The notes under the pieces are model-generated. The model searched no databases. It worked only from the letters and a program-made list of their open reading frames with translations, and was not told where the DNA came from. Shown in pieces: positions 1 through 10,044 of a DNA stretch of 58,319 nt (positions within the stretch are counted from its first letter, which is position 1; each line of letters begins with the position of its first letter). A program made the position numbers and the translations under genes. Source of the stretch: Bacteroidales bacterium (GTDB lineage Bacteria; Bacteroidota; Bacteroidia; Bacteroidales; Paludibacteraceae); assembly GCA_900767595.1 (NCBI GenBank), contig CAAFZS010000052.1, positions 1 to 58,319 of the forward strand. Reading direction: 5' to 3'.

Positions 1-1
1 A

Positions 2-547
2 CGTGCCGCCTACGGCTATACCAAAGACCGCCGTCTCCGTATCGCCTCGTTCTGCGCCTCGGGAAATAATCGCGAGTTCCTCACCGACCAAACGGGTAAT
101 CGTCGCTGGCTGCCCTTCGATGTGGAATCAATCGAGAGTCCATTTAATTGGGGAGATACTTTCCCCTATGAGCAAATCTATAGTGAAGCGTTATATCTCC
201 TTAAACAAGGATTCAACTACTGGTTTGACCTTGACGATATAGCTGCTCTGGAGAATCACGTAGAGTCGTTCCAAAAAGTCAGCAATGAAGCCGAACTGCT
301 GCCTGTCTATTTCTCTCCCGCCAATCCCGGCGATAATGGGGCAGTGTTTATGAGTGCCGCCGAAATATCGTCCCTGCTCGTCAGCTACGGGAATATACGG
401 CAACCTATGGCACTGAACAAACTCAGTACAGTACTGCAAAAGGCAGGTTTTGTGGCGAGACGTACTCCTTCTAAAAGAGGATTTGTCGTATTTCAAAATC
501 AAGATATTAACAATCAGCGAAAATTAGACGCTCGTGCAAGTTTATGA
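2..547 (+). CDS. VapE/VirE-family protein (mobile-element primase/helicase-associated), 5'-truncated by the window edge
   Basis: Frame 2 is open from the window edge and reads ...REFLTDQTGNRRWLPFDVESIE..., continuing into ORF 122..547. TGNRRW(L/F)PF is typical of the virulence-associated E family. Confidence 0.6.
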   Translation, partial: RAAYGYTKDRRLRIASFCASGNNREFLTDQTGNRRWLPFDVESIESPFNWGDTFPYEQIYSEALYLLKQGFNYWFDLDDIAALENHVESFQKVSNEAELLPVYFSPANPGDNGAVFMSAAEISSLLVSYGNIRQPMALNKLSTVLQKAGFVARRTPSKRGFVVFQNQDINNQRKLDARASL

Positions 548-570
548 CGCAAATGACGATAATGACGATA
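544..570 (+). repeat. iteron-like triple ATGACG direct repeat (left arm)
   Basis: The sequence atgacgcaaatgacgataatgacgata begins at the VapE-like gene stop. Confidence 0.7.
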
Positions 571-613
571 TATCTTAAAATATATACACACGCACGGGTG
601 AAGTTTATAAAAG

Positions 614-638
614 TACCGTCATAACCGTCATGCGTCAT
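614..638 (-). repeat. iteron-like triple ATGACG repeat, inverted (right arm)
   Basis: taccgtcataaccgtcatgcgtcat is the reverse complement of atgacgcatgacggttatgacggta. An AT-rich spacer of about 43 bp separates the arms. Confidence 0.7.
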
Positions 639-640
639 TC

Positions 641-658
641 CACAATCCACAATCCACA
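641..658 (+). repeat. mini-repeat family D (CCACAAT heptamer), intergenic
   Basis: cacaatccacaatccaca. Confidence 0.7.
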
Positions 659-864
659 TGATAGCCACATTAATTGAACCTTATGCCACTATGAGTGGCT
701 CCATCTCTCAAGAAGATGATAAATATGTGCGTATGCTCAATGGTAAATGTATCGTTCAGCGTAAGCCGCGTCGTCAATCTGCCTTACAAGCCCGACTGCG
801 TGAACAGTTCGGACAGAAATATGGTACGGCTCGTAAGAAAACACTATGTACGGTGCTCCGATAA
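658..864 (+). CDS. hypothetical small basic protein
   Basis: 68-aa ORF directly downstream of the VapE-like gene. No recognisable motif. Its stop lies inside the 852-874 hairpin. Confidence 0.25.
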   Translation: MIATLIEPYATMSGSISQEDDKYVRMLNGKCIVQRKPRRQSALQARLREQFGQKYGTARKKTLCTVLR

Positions 865-874
865 ACGGAGCACC
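852..874 (+). terminator. 9-bp stem hairpin over the stop of the small ORF, with no T-tract
   Basis: ggtgctccg-ataaa-cggagcacc. A second cggagcacc copy at 877-885 could pair instead. Confidence 0.3.
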
Positions 875-988
875 CACGGAGCACCATAGGACAGCCGTTG
901 CCCCGTATAATCTCCTATGTGTCTTTTAATATGCTTTTTTAAAAATCTAATACTAATTTATCAAAAACTTTTGCAATAATGCATTATA

Positions 989-1020
989 TTTGCATATATG
1001 CAAAAGTTTTTGTAACTTTG
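989..1020 (+). promoter_or_regulatory. Bacteroidota sigma-A promoter (-33 TTTG / -7 TAACTTTG) for the GH26-led cluster
   Basis: TTTG at 989-992 and TAACTTTG at 1013-1020, with a 20-nt spacer. Confidence 0.6.
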
Positions 1021-1040
1021 TAGCCAAATTAGATATAGCA

Positions 1041-2459
1041 ATGAAAAGGACCATCTTTATTATCTTGGCATCTATGCTTATTCTTCCTTCCTGCAAACCG
1101 AAGGAAGAGGTAAAGTCTGACGATAGTAAGAAGATTATTCGTCAAACGTATAGTTCTATCAGTGAAGGTGATAGTGTAAAAGCCTCTCTGTCACAACTGA
1201 TCCTTAATTTTTCGGAGGACATTGTTATCAACAGCGCTGCATCTCTCAACGGACAGGACATTCCTTTGCAAAGAGGAGCTACCTTGCGCGAAGTGATTAT
1301 TCCGCTTACACTGGAGACGGGAATAAACTATTCGCTTACCTTCCCCGAAAAGATGGTGCTTGGCTCTAGGGATAATACCCATTATTCCGAAAGCAAAATC
1401 CTCCATTTTGTTACTTACCCTGCTCCTATGATTGATACCACTCTTTGCAATGCGGATGCTATTGGCTCTGCTAAGAAAGTATATCGGTACTTGCTGTCCC
1501 AATATGGAAAAAAGATATTGTCATCGACGATTGCCAATGTCAATTGGAACTTTGCCGAAGCTAACCTTGTCTATCAGGCTACCGGCAAATATCCGGCTAT
1601 CGCGACCATGGACTATATTCATATGTTTACCCTCACTTCCCATAATCCGTTCGAGTATTGGCAAGTGCCTTATAACGACACCAAGGATGTAGAAGCATGG
1701 TGGAACAATAATGGACTGATAGCCGCTTGCTGGCACTGGAATATGCCTGCCAATAAGGATGCCATTATGTCCACCGACGGATATACGTGTACTCCCGGTT
1801 TGGGTACGATCACCAAAGATGGAGCCACGACTTGCGTCACCCCGTCTATGATCATGGACGAAACGAGTTGGGTGTATCCTATTGCGCAAGAAGACCTTAA
1901 TAAGATGGTCGAACTCTTGGGGCTGTTACAAGAGAAAGGTATTCCCGTTATCTGGCGTCCTTTCCACGAGGCAAGCGGAAACACCTATGGTCCGTACGCC
2001 GGCGGCGGAGCTTGGTTCTGGTGGGGTATAGAAGGAGCCAATCAATACAAAAAATTATGGCGATACCTCTATGATTTCTTTAAAACTAAAGGAATCAACA
2101 ACCTCATCTGGGTTTGGACCAGCCAAAACAACGGAGATAATGATTGGTATCCGGGCGACGCATATGTGGATATCATAGGGCAGGATATTTACAATAATAA
2201 TGCCGCATCCAATGCTGCGGATTTCAAGAAACTGCAAGCCACCTATCCAAATAAGATGGTGACTCTCTCTGAATGCGGCAATGTAGGCAAGATAAGCGAA
2301 CAATGGCGCAATGGAGCTTATTGGTCATATTTTATGCCGTGGTACGAATATGATGCTAAATCATTAGATAACCACCAACATGCCAATACCGAATGGTGGA
2401 TAGATGCCGTGAATGCTGAATGTGTTATCACAAGAGACGAATTACCCAATTTGAAATGA
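1041..2459 (+). CDS. GH26 beta-mannanase lipoprotein with an N-terminal Ig-like module
   Basis: ORF 990..2459 trimmed to ATG 1041 (MKRTIFIILASMLILPSC lipobox). Carries the GH26 signature WRPFHEASG...GAWFWWG. Confidence 0.8.
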   Translation: MKRTIFIILASMLILPSCKPKEEVKSDDSKKIIRQTYSSISEGDSVKASLSQLILNFSEDIVINSAASLNGQDIPLQRGATLREVIIPLTLETGINYSLTFPEKMVLGSRDNTHYSESKILHFVTYPAPMIDTTLCNADAIGSAKKVYRYLLSQYGKKILSSTIANVNWNFAEANLVYQATGKYPAIATMDYIHMFTLTSHNPFEYWQVPYNDTKDVEAWWNNNGLIAACWHWNMPANKDAIMSTDGYTCTPGLGTITKDGATTCVTPSMIMDETSWVYPIAQEDLNKMVELLGLLQEKGIPVIWRPFHEASGNTYGPYAGGGAWFWWGIEGANQYKKLWRYLYDFFKTKGINNLIWVWTSQNNGDNDWYPGDAYVDIIGQDIYNNNAASNAADFKKLQATYPNKMVTLSECGNVGKISEQWRNGAYWSYFMPWYEYDAKSLDNHQHANTEWWIDAVNAECVITRDELPNLK

Positions 2460-3961
2460 ATAAAATAAATGATTATATGAGACAACTCCTATTCTTGCTT
2501 ATCGGGCTGACACTTTTGTCTTGTAAGCCCAAACCGGTGGAACCCTCTGTTGTAGAGGATGTTAAAGTGACTGCTTCTTCTTTCCAAGAGGGTGATACCC
2601 TTATGGCAAGTGAAGTGAGCGGTTTGGTACTTACCTATTCCGCCAATGTTCAAGTAGTGGCCGGCAAGTCCGTTACTCTTAATGGACAGCCTATCGTGCC
2701 TACCCGTGGAAATACGATGCGTGAGCTCGTCTTTCCTCTTGAATTGCAAGATAGCGTAGCTTATACGTTATCTATTGAAAAAGGCGCTATTGCCAATTCG
2801 AAAGATGCCAATCATATAGCTCCCGCTTATACGTTGCATTTTTATACGTATGGGACGTGGAAACCTACGCCTCCTGTTGCCTCGTTCTTGCGCCAATTGG
2901 GTTGGGGTTGGAACTTAGGCAATCACTTTGACACTTCTTCCGGTAAGGATGGTAAAAAATCCAATTTCTGGGATAATGCCAAACCGACCGAACAACTCTA
3001 TAAGAACCTTAAAGCTATGGGTGCTTCGACCGTTCGTATGCCCGTGACGTGGGGTAACTACCAAGACGTAGAGAAAAACTACGCTATCGATGCCGACTAT
3101 ATGGCACTCGTTAAACAAAACGTGGATTGGGCACTCAATGCCGGTTTATACGTTATCCTCAATACCCACCACGATGAGTATTGGATTGATATTGTGAATG
3201 CAGCTGTCAACTCATCGCTCAAGGACTCTATCTCACAGCGTATCACCATCACGTGGACACAGATTGCGGAAGCCTTCAACTATGCAGGCGACCATCTGAT
3301 TATGGAGACTTTCAATGAGCTGCATAATGAAGCTTGGGGGTGGGGTGGAAATAATGCTCGTTACTATGCCCTTCAGAACGAATGGAACCAAATAGCAGTC
3401 GATGCTATCCGCGCTACCGGTGGTAATAACGCCACCCGTTGGATTGGCGTTCCGGGGTTCTGCGCAAGTCCGAAATTTACAATGGAAGGACTTGTTCTGC
3501 CCAACGACCCTGCCGGTAAGATTATGGTAGGTGTACATAATTACGACCCATACGAGTTTGCTCAAAAAGCAACCAAAAATGAGTGGGGACATACCAGTAG
3601 TAATAAAGATTGTGACGAGGCCTATTTTAAAGACCTCTTCCAACAACTCTACGACAAGTATATCGCCAATAACATCCCTTGCTACTTGGGCGAATACGGG
3701 TGCGTGGTTCAACCTACGGAGCGCGGTGAGCAATTCCGTAATTATTACCTCGAATACTTCTGCCGCTGTGCGTATATGTATAACCTTCCCGTTATGTTAT
3801 GGGACAACAACAATAACGGTAGCGGAGAACGCTTCTACTTTATCAACCATAACAATGGAAAACTCTATAACGAATCCCTCGTTAAACTGATGATTAAAGC
3901 AGCGACCTCGACCGACCCAACTTACACCCTCGAATCCATTTATAAGAATGCACCGAAATGA
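2456..3961 (+). CDS. GH5 endo-beta-1,4-glycanase (mannanase/cellulase type) lipoprotein with an N-terminal Ig-like module
   Basis: Lipobox LLSC. Motifs [15 protein letters not shown] (acid/base) and GEYG (nucleophile). ATGA overlap with the upstream stop; ATG 2477 is an alternative start. Confidence 0.75.
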   Translation: MNKINDYMRQLLFLLIGLTLLSCKPKPVEPSVVEDVKVTASSFQEGDTLMASEVSGLVLTYSANVQVVAGKSVTLNGQPIVPTRGNTMRELVFPLELQDSVAYTLSIEKGAIANSKDANHIAPAYTLHFYTYGTWKPTPPVASFLRQLGWGWNLGNHFDTSSGKDGKKSNFWDNAKPTEQLYKNLKAMGASTVRMPVTWGNYQDVEKNYAIDADYMALVKQNVDWALNAGLYVILNTHHDEYWIDIVNAAVNSSLKDSISQRITITWTQIAEAFNYAGDHLIMETFNELHNEAWGWGGNNARYYALQNEWNQIAVDAIRATGGNNATRWIGVPGFCASPKFTMEGLVLPNDPAGKIMVGVHNYDPYEFAQKATKNEWGHTSSNKDCDEAYFKDLFQQLYDKYIANNIPCYLGEYGCVVQPTERGEQFRNYYLEYFCRCAYMYNLPVMLWDNNNNGSGERFYFINHNNGKLYNESLVKLMIKAATSTDPTYTLESIYKNAPK

Positions 3962-6465
3962 CCTACGGATATTTTGATGATAAGAACAGGGAGTACGTGA
4001 TTGAAAATCCCGCTACCCCTTTCCCTTGGATTAACTACCTTGGTAACGAAGATTTCTTCGGACTGATATCCAATACAGCCGGTGGTTACACCTTCTGTAA
4101 GGATGCCAAGTTCCGCCGTATCACCCGCTATCGCTATAACGGCGTGCCTATGGATGCCGGCGGCCGGTACTTCTATATCAAAGACGGTGACATCGTTTGG
4201 AACCCGGGATGGAAACCATGTAAGACCCCCCTCGATAAGTATGAGTGCCGTCACGGTATGAACTATACCCGCATCACGGGAACGAAGAATGGGGTAGAGG
4301 CCTCTCTGCTCACTTTTGTACCCCTGCATACTTGGGCAGAAGTGCACAAATTACAAATCACAAATCATACATCACAAATCAAACATCTAAAGCTTTTCAG
4401 CTTTGCTGAATGGTGCCTCTGGAATGCCTCTACGGATATGGAGAACTTCCAACGGAACTGGAGTACGGGGGAGATAGAAGTGGAAAGTGAAAGTGAAAGT
4501 GGAGAGTTTACAAGTATTTACCATAAGACGGAGTATAAGGAAAGACGGGATCACTACGCTTTCTATGCCTTGGCGAATCGCAAAGCCGATGGTTGGGATA
4601 CGGACCGCGAGTCGTTTATCGGTTTATATAACGACTTCTCCAATCCGCAATGCGTGATGAAGGGTAAGCCCGCTATGTCCGTTGCCCACGGCTGGAGCCC
4701 GATTGCTTCGCACTACGTGGAACTGACCCTCCAACCCGGCGAGAGCCAAGACCTTATCTTCCTGCTCGGTTATGTAGAGAACGAACAGGACAACAAGTTC
4801 TCAGCTGCCGATATCGAGCGCAAACGCAAAGGCGAACTTATCAGTTCCCAAGATAGTGACGTGACCTTAGTTAATAAAGCGCGCGCGCACGAACTTATCG
4901 AGCGTTTCGCCACCGTCGAAGCGGTGGATAAGGCTTTTGCTGAACTCCGCACGCTTTGGGACGGATTGCTCAGTACGTTTGCGGTCGAGAGCAAGGATGA
5001 ACGCCTCAACCGTATGGTGAACATCTGGAACCAATACCAATGTATGATCACCTTCTGCTTCAGCCGTTCTGCCTCGTTCTTTGAGTCGGGCATAGGTCGT
5101 GGCATGGGCTTCCGCGATAGTAATCAGGACCTCGTCGGATTTGTGCACCAGATTCCAGAACGTGCTCGCGAACGAATCATCGATATAGCCTCTACGCAGT
5201 TCCCTGACGGAGGCTGCTATCACCAATACCAACCGCTCTCCAAACGCGGGAACAACGATATCGGTGGCGGATTCAATGATGACCCGATGTGGCTAATCTT
5301 TGGTACAGTCGCTTATATCAAAGAGACGGGCGATTACTCGATCTTGGACGAGATGGTGCCTTTCGACAACCAACCCGGTACGGAAGTCACTCTACTCGAA
5401 CACCTGTGTATCAGTTTTGACCACGTAGTCAATAACCTCGGCCCACAACACTTACCCTTGATTGGTCGCGCCGACTGGAACGACTGTCTGAACCTCAACT
5501 GCTTCAGTTGGGACCCGAACGAGAGCTTCCAAACAACCGAGAATAAAACCGAAGGCAGTAAGGCCCAATCGCTGATGATTGCCGGTCTGTTCGTGTTCTG
5601 CGGACGAGACTATGTCTCGTTAGTGGAGAGTTTAGAGTGTAGAGTGGAGAGTAGTGTAGAGTTGAATAAGTTGAGAGTGGAAGCAGAAAGGGCGCAAGCG
5701 GAGATAGATAAGATGATTGAAGCCGTTAAGCAGTACGGCTGGGACGGCGAATGGTACTTGCGTGCATACGATTATTTCGGCAATAAGATTGGTTCCAACG
5801 AGAACGAAGAAGGAAAGATCTTCATCGAATCCCAAGGCTTCTGCACTATGGCGGAGATAGGCAAAGAGGATGGACTGGTAGATAAAGCCCTCGACAGCTG
5901 TAAGAAATACTTAGATACCCCTCACGGAATGGTACTCAACCATCCGGCTTTCACCACCTACCACGTGGAGATGGGCGAGATATCTTCCTATCCGGCAGGC
6001 TACAAGGAGAATGCCGGTATCTTCTGCCATAACAACCCGTGGGTGATCATCGGCGAGGCGAAGGCTGGTCGCGGTAACGATGCGTGGGAACACTATACGA
6101 AGATTGCTCCCGCTTGGATAAAGGACCAAGATCTGCACAAGATTGAACCCTACGTTTATTGTCAGATGGTAGCCGGTAAGGATGCGGCTAAACCCGGCGA
6201 AGGAAAGAACTCTTGGCTCACGGGTACCGCTGCTTGGAACTGGCTCACTGTATCGCAGTATATCCTCGGTATCCAACCCGGATTCAATGAACTCATCATC
6301 GATCCCTGTATCCCTGCCAATATGGATGGTTTTACCGTACATCGTCGCTGGCGCGAGGCGGAATATGAGATTATCGTTCGCAACCCGAACCATAAACAGA
6401 AAGCGGACCAACCGACGGTAGTAGCTTATCACCCCGGCAAACAAACCATTGAAATAATATTATGA
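3958..6465 (+). CDS. GH94 cellobiose/cellodextrin-type phosphorylase
   Basis: 835 aa. The N-terminus [46 protein letters not shown] is typical of GH94. Hosts repeats at 4345, 4477 and 5621. Confidence 0.85.
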   Translation: MTYGYFDDKNREYVIENPATPFPWINYLGNEDFFGLISNTAGGYTFCKDAKFRRITRYRYNGVPMDAGGRYFYIKDGDIVWNPGWKPCKTPLDKYECRHGMNYTRITGTKNGVEASLLTFVPLHTWAEVHKLQITNHTSQIKHLKLFSFAEWCLWNASTDMENFQRNWSTGEIEVESESESGEFTSIYHKTEYKERRDHYAFYALANRKADGWDTDRESFIGLYNDFSNPQCVMKGKPAMSVAHGWSPIASHYVELTLQPGESQDLIFLLGYVENEQDNKFSAADIERKRKGELISSQDSDVTLVNKARAHELIERFATVEAVDKAFAELRTLWDGLLSTFAVESKDERLNRMVNIWNQYQCMITFCFSRSASFFESGIGRGMGFRDSNQDLVGFVHQIPERARERIIDIASTQFPDGGCYHQYQPLSKRGNNDIGGGFNDDPMWLIFGTVAYIKETGDYSILDEMVPFDNQPGTEVTLLEHLCISFDHVVNNLGPQHLPLIGRADWNDCLNLNCFSWDPNESFQTTENKTEGSKAQSLMIAGLFVFCGRDYVSLVESLECRVESSVELNKLRVEAERAQAEIDKMIEAVKQYGWDGEWYLRAYDYFGNKIGSNENEEGKIFIESQGFCTMAEIGKEDGLVDKALDSCKKYLDTPHGMVLNHPAFTTYHVEMGEISSYPAGYKENAGIFCHNNPWVIIGEAKAGRGNDAWEHYTKIAPAWIKDQDLHKIEPYVYCQMVAGKDAAKPGEGKNSWLTGTAAWNWLTVSQYILGIQPGFNELIIDPCIPANMDGFTVHRRWREAEYEIIVRNPNHKQKADQPTVVAYHPGKQTIEIIL
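4345..4387 (+). repeat. mini-repeat family D (CACAAAT heptamer variants), in frame in GH94
   Basis: cacaaattacaaatcacaaatcatacatcacaaatcaaacatc encodes [14 protein letters not shown]. Confidence 0.75.
4477..4506 (+). repeat. mini-repeat family H (AGTGAA hexamer), in frame in GH94
   Basis: gaagtggaaagtgaaagtgaaagtggagag encodes [10 protein letters not shown]. Confidence 0.75.
5621..5680 (-). repeat. mini-repeat family B (CTCTAAA/CTCTACA heptamers, G-poor strand is minus), in frame in GH94
   Basis: tagtggagagtttagagtgtagagtggagagtagtgtagagttgaataagttgagagtgg encodes [20 protein letters not shown]. Confidence 0.9.
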
Positions 6466-7514
6466 AAAACGTAACTTACATTTTGTTAGGATTGATTTTG
6501 ACCGCTTGCGGTCAGGCTCCTACGCCCGCACAAGCGCTCATAGAGCGTATGACCGAACTAAGTAAGAAAGGTATTATGTATGGTCACCAAGATGACCCCT
6601 TCTACGGCACTACCTGGCAATGGGAAAAAGGCCGCTCGGATACCTACGAACTCGTAGGTGACTACCCGGGCGTGATGGGCTTTGACTTAGGCGGACTGGA
6701 AGAAAAACATGATAAGAACCTCGATAGTGTACCCTTTGAGTGGATACGCGAGGAAGCTGTCAATCATGTTAAAAACGGAGGTGTGGTCACCTTCTCTTGG
6801 CATCCGCGTAACCCTCGTACCGGTAGTAACGCTTGGGACGTAAGTGACCCGACGACGGTACAAAACATCCTTCCCGGTGGCGAACAACACGAACTATTCG
6901 TAGAATGGATGAACGATGTGGCTACATTCTTGGAGACGTTGGTGGATGAGAACGGTCAACCGATTCCGTTTATCCTCCGCCCGTGGCACGAGTATAACGG
7001 TTCGTGGTTCTGGTGGGGTTGGAAAAACTGCACCAACGAGCAGTGGCTCGCTCTTTGGAATATGTTCCAAGACTATATGAACGAGCGTATGCCGACGAAT
7101 ATCGTGTGGTGCTGCTCTCCTAACCTCGACGGACATTTCACGACCGAATACTTAGAGTCCCGCTTCCCCGAACAAGGACGCGTAGATATCCTTGGTTACG
7201 ACACCTACCAATGGGGAACAGAGAAAGATTTCGTTGAGCAATCAACAGCGGATATTAACTTCCTTTATGCTTACGCTCAGTCGCATGGGATGCTTTTCAC
7301 CATTAGCGAGTGCGGTATTCAAAACTCTCCCGTAGCCGACTGGTGGACGCGCGTCTTCCTGCCTTTGACCGAAGGCAAAGAGGTTTGCTATTTCCTCCCT
7401 TGGCGTAACTGGCATAAAGAACATTTCGGTGCTGCTAAAGGCCTCGCTACCGAAGAAGACTTTATTAAACTATATAAAAAACCAAGAACATTGTTCCTAA
7501 AAGATTTACAATAA
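6462..7514 (+). CDS. GH26 beta-mannanase/mannobiohydrolase lipoprotein
   Basis: Lipobox LILTAC. GH26 motifs WHPRNP and [14 protein letters not shown]. Start overlaps the GH94 stop by 4 nt. Confidence 0.8.
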   Translation: MKNVTYILLGLILTACGQAPTPAQALIERMTELSKKGIMYGHQDDPFYGTTWQWEKGRSDTYELVGDYPGVMGFDLGGLEEKHDKNLDSVPFEWIREEAVNHVKNGGVVTFSWHPRNPRTGSNAWDVSDPTTVQNILPGGEQHELFVEWMNDVATFLETLVDENGQPIPFILRPWHEYNGSWFWWGWKNCTNEQWLALWNMFQDYMNERMPTNIVWCCSPNLDGHFTTEYLESRFPEQGRVDILGYDTYQWGTEKDFVEQSTADINFLYAYAQSHGMLFTISECGIQNSPVADWWTRVFLPLTEGKEVCYFLPWRNWHKEHFGAAKGLATEEDFIKLYKKPRTLFLKDLQ

Positions 7515-7515
7515 T

Positions 7516-8859
7516 ATGGCTTCAATTAAAGAAAAACTCGCTTATGCACTTGGTGATGCTGCTGCCGGTGGTATCACGTGGAAAATTATGTCTATTGCCT
7601 TTCCGCTATTCTTTACCAATGTCTTTGGCTTAAGTTTCGCGGATGCAGCAATATTAATGCTCGTGGCTCGTCTGTTTGATGTAGTGACCGATCCTATCCT
7701 CGGTTCACTGGCAGACCGCACGCAGTCCAAATGGGGAACCTATCGTCCGTGGCTCATCTTCGGTGCTATTCCTTACGGACTGATCTTCGCCCTCTTGCTC
7801 TTTACCCCTGACCTCGGTCCTGTTGGTAAACGGGTATATGCCTATACGCTTTATCTGATGATGATGGCTATCTACACGGCAGTGAATGTGCCCTATGGCT
7901 CTTTGCTGGGTGTAATGACCGAAGATGATAATGAGAAAAACGAGTTCTCCTCCTATCGAATGGTAGGTGCTTATCTGATGGGATTCATTACCTTGGCTAT
8001 CTTCCCCTATGTGCAGCGTTGGATTGGCGGAACAGAGGCGCACCAATATGCCGTTATCGGTGTGATTTTTGGTGTTTTGGCTGCGGTGATGACCCTCATC
8101 TGCGGACTATGCACGAAGGAGCGTATCAAACCCAAACGCGCAGAGCATTATACGGCTAAACAGTTTGTGGATTTAGTCAAAAATAAACCTTGGCTCTACC
8201 TCACCGGTATGGGTATATTGACCAATTTCTTCAATGGTTTCCGCTATGCTGCGGCAGGGTATATGTTCACTTACTGTTTAGGAGGTGATGTGACGTGGGG
8301 TAAGGTGATTATTAACTTCACCGTCTTTATGGCGATAGGTGAGGTAACGTGTATGATCTTTGGTGGTATCTCGCCCGCCTTCACTAAATGGGTGGGCAGC
8401 AAACGTAAAGCTTTCCTGCTCGCAGGACTCATCTGCGCCATCACTTCGGTATTATTCTTCTTTATCCCGATGGATGCCAATTATATGTGGCTGATGATCG
8501 CTGTGGTGATCCTTACCTCTATGGGTATCGGTATCTATTCACCCCTATTGTGGTCAATGTATGCTGACGTAGCTGATTATGCTACCGATACGTTTGGAAC
8601 ATCCTCTACAGGACTGATTTTCTCCTCGGGTACGATGGCTCAAAAACTCGGCGGAGCGATCTCGGGTTCCCTTATCGCTGCTTTGTTAGGCGCTGCGGGA
8701 CTTGTCTCCTCCCAGGATATGTTGACGGGCGAAACGATAGTAACCATTACCAACGAACAATCCGTTCAGTCTATGATCTGGTTACTTTTCTCCCTTATCC
8801 CGGCAGGTATCGCCTTAGTGATGATGCTGCTAACCTATAAATATCCGATTAAAAAGTAG
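7516..8859 (+). CDS. GPH-family (MFS) glycoside:cation symporter
   Basis: 447 aa and polytopic. The N-terminus KEKLAYALGDAAAGGITW is typical of glycoside-pentoside-hexuronide symporters. Its position next to the epimerase matches the known mannobiose pathway gene order. Confidence 0.8.
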   Translation: MASIKEKLAYALGDAAAGGITWKIMSIAFPLFFTNVFGLSFADAAILMLVARLFDVVTDPILGSLADRTQSKWGTYRPWLIFGAIPYGLIFALLLFTPDLGPVGKRVYAYTLYLMMMAIYTAVNVPYGSLLGVMTEDDNEKNEFSSYRMVGAYLMGFITLAIFPYVQRWIGGTEAHQYAVIGVIFGVLAAVMTLICGLCTKERIKPKRAEHYTAKQFVDLVKNKPWLYLTGMGILTNFFNGFRYAAAGYMFTYCLGGDVTWGKVIINFTVFMAIGEVTCMIFGGISPAFTKWVGSKRKAFLLAGLICAITSVLFFFIPMDANYMWLMIAVVILTSMGIGIYSPLLWSMYADVADYATDTFGTSSTGLIFSSGTMAQKLGGAISGSLIAALLGAAGLVSSQDMLTGETIVTITNEQSVQSMIWLLFSLIPAGIALVMMLLTYKYPIKK

Positions 8860-8888
8860 TGTAGAGTGGAGAGTTTAGAGTTTAGAGA
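8857..8888 (-). repeat. mini-repeat family B spanning the symporter stop and the epimerase start
   Basis: tagtgtagagtggagagtttagagtttagaga contains the TAG stop (8857-8859) and the GTG start (8866). Confidence 0.9.
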
Positions 8889-10044
8889 TATATTGACGAC
8901 GAATATCCTGCCTTACTGGTTGCGGTTGCAGGATAAGGAACAGGGTGGGTTCTACGGGCAGGTGCTCGCAGACGAGACGGTAGTACAGCATGCGAATAGA
9001 GGAGCTATCCTTTATGGTCGTATCCTCTGGACCTTCTCCGCCGCCTATCGCGCGCTGGGAAAGAAGGAGTATCTGGCAGCAGCCAATCAAGCGAAAAACT
9101 ATATCCTCAACCATTTTATCGATAAACAACAGGGTGGGGTATATTGGGAATTGGATTACTTAGGCAACCCTGTCAACGACCGCAAACAGTTCTATGCGTT
9201 GGGTTTTGTCCTCTATGGCTTAACGGAGTATATCCTCGCTACGGGCGATACATCCGTGTTGCCGTACGCTATCGACCTCTACCATTGTATAGAAGACCAT
9301 GCTTGGGACCTGCAATCGGGTGGTTATATCGAGGCTACAGAGCGCGATTGGAGTGCTATCTCCGATTACCGATTGAGTGAGAAAGATGTCAATGCACCTA
9401 AATCGCAAAACACCCACCTGCATATTTTAGAACCCTATACGAATCTCTATCGCGTATGGCCACAAGAGGAAGTGAAACGATCTATCTTGCGTCTGATTGA
9501 CGTCTTCAAAAACCATATCATTCAACCTTCCGGTCACCTTGGCCTGTTTTTCGATTACGACTGGAATGTCTTACAGCGAAGCGGTCTTTCAGCCGAAGGC
9601 GGTCTGTCAGCGCAGCGGTCTGCCAGCGTAGCGGTCCCTTTCAGTTGCGGTCACGATATCGAATTCTCGTGGTTGCTTGATGAAGCCTGTGAGGTCATCG
9701 GTGTGAACGAAGACGAAACGGTACAACGGGTAGCCACGGCAGCCAAAGAGGGACTCTTGTCTGACGGGCGAATGGAAGGAACATGGTGGGAACAATGCGA
9801 GACAATCATCGGTTATGAAAATATCTACCGCCGCTTTGGAGACGAAGAAAGCAAACGCATTGCCGAGCGTTGTTGGCAGGCAACCCAACAACACTTCATC
9901 GACTACGAGCATGGCGAGTGGTGGGAGTATCCCAATCTTCAATCTTCAATCTTCATTCGTCATTCCGACAAGGCCGGCTTCTGGAAATGTCCATACCATA
10001 ATTCACGTTTATGTTTACAAATAATGCTTTATGAAACACACTAA
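8866..10044 (+). CDS. cellobiose 2-epimerase (N-acylglucosamine 2-epimerase superfamily)
   Basis: 392 aa with ILPYWL...GGFYG and an AGE-fold pattern. Only a GTG start is available and it lies inside repeat 8857-8888. Also hosts repeats at 9574 and 9933. Confidence 0.75.
   Translation: MESLEFRDILTTNILPYWLRLQDKEQGGFYGQVLADETVVQHANRGAILYGRILWTFSAAYRALGKKEYLAAANQAKNYILNHFIDKQQGGVYWELDYLGNPVNDRKQFYALGFVLYGLTEYILATGDTSVLPYAIDLYHCIEDHAWDLQSGGYIEATERDWSAISDYRLSEKDVNAPKSQNTHLHILEPYTNLYRVWPQEEVKRSILRLIDVFKNHIIQPSGHLGLFFDYDWNVLQRSGLSAEGGLSAQRSASVAVPFSCGHDIEFSWLLDEACEVIGVNEDETVQRVATAAKEGLLSDGRMEGTWWEQCETIIGYENIYRRFGDEESKRIAERCWQATQQHFIDYEHGEWWEYPNLQSSIFIRHSDKAGFWKCPYHNSRLCLQIMLYETH
9574..9652 (+). repeat. 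mini-repeat family C (16/17-nt unit CAGCGGTCTTTCAGCG), in frame in the epimerase
   Basis: About 5 degenerate units encoding QRSGLSAEGGLSAQRSASVAVPFSCG. Confidence 0.9.
9933..9958 (+). repeat. mini-repeat family A (TCTTCAA heptamer), in frame in the epimerase
   Basis: caatcttcaatcttcaatcttcattc encodes NLQSSIFI. Confidence 0.9.

Noticed and set aside
990-1040. N-terminal ORF-track extensions: MHICKSFCNF... (990), MHMCKLFCNF... (27258), ...LHICKKKCNF... (to 27388), MERDCK...AYMKKKLYLC... (28518) and ...LHISKKNRIF... (53479).
   Set aside because: These are translations of the conserved TTTG...TAnnTTTG promoter template. Each is followed by an ATG that gives a proper signal peptide or conserved N-terminus, so the starts were moved downstream.
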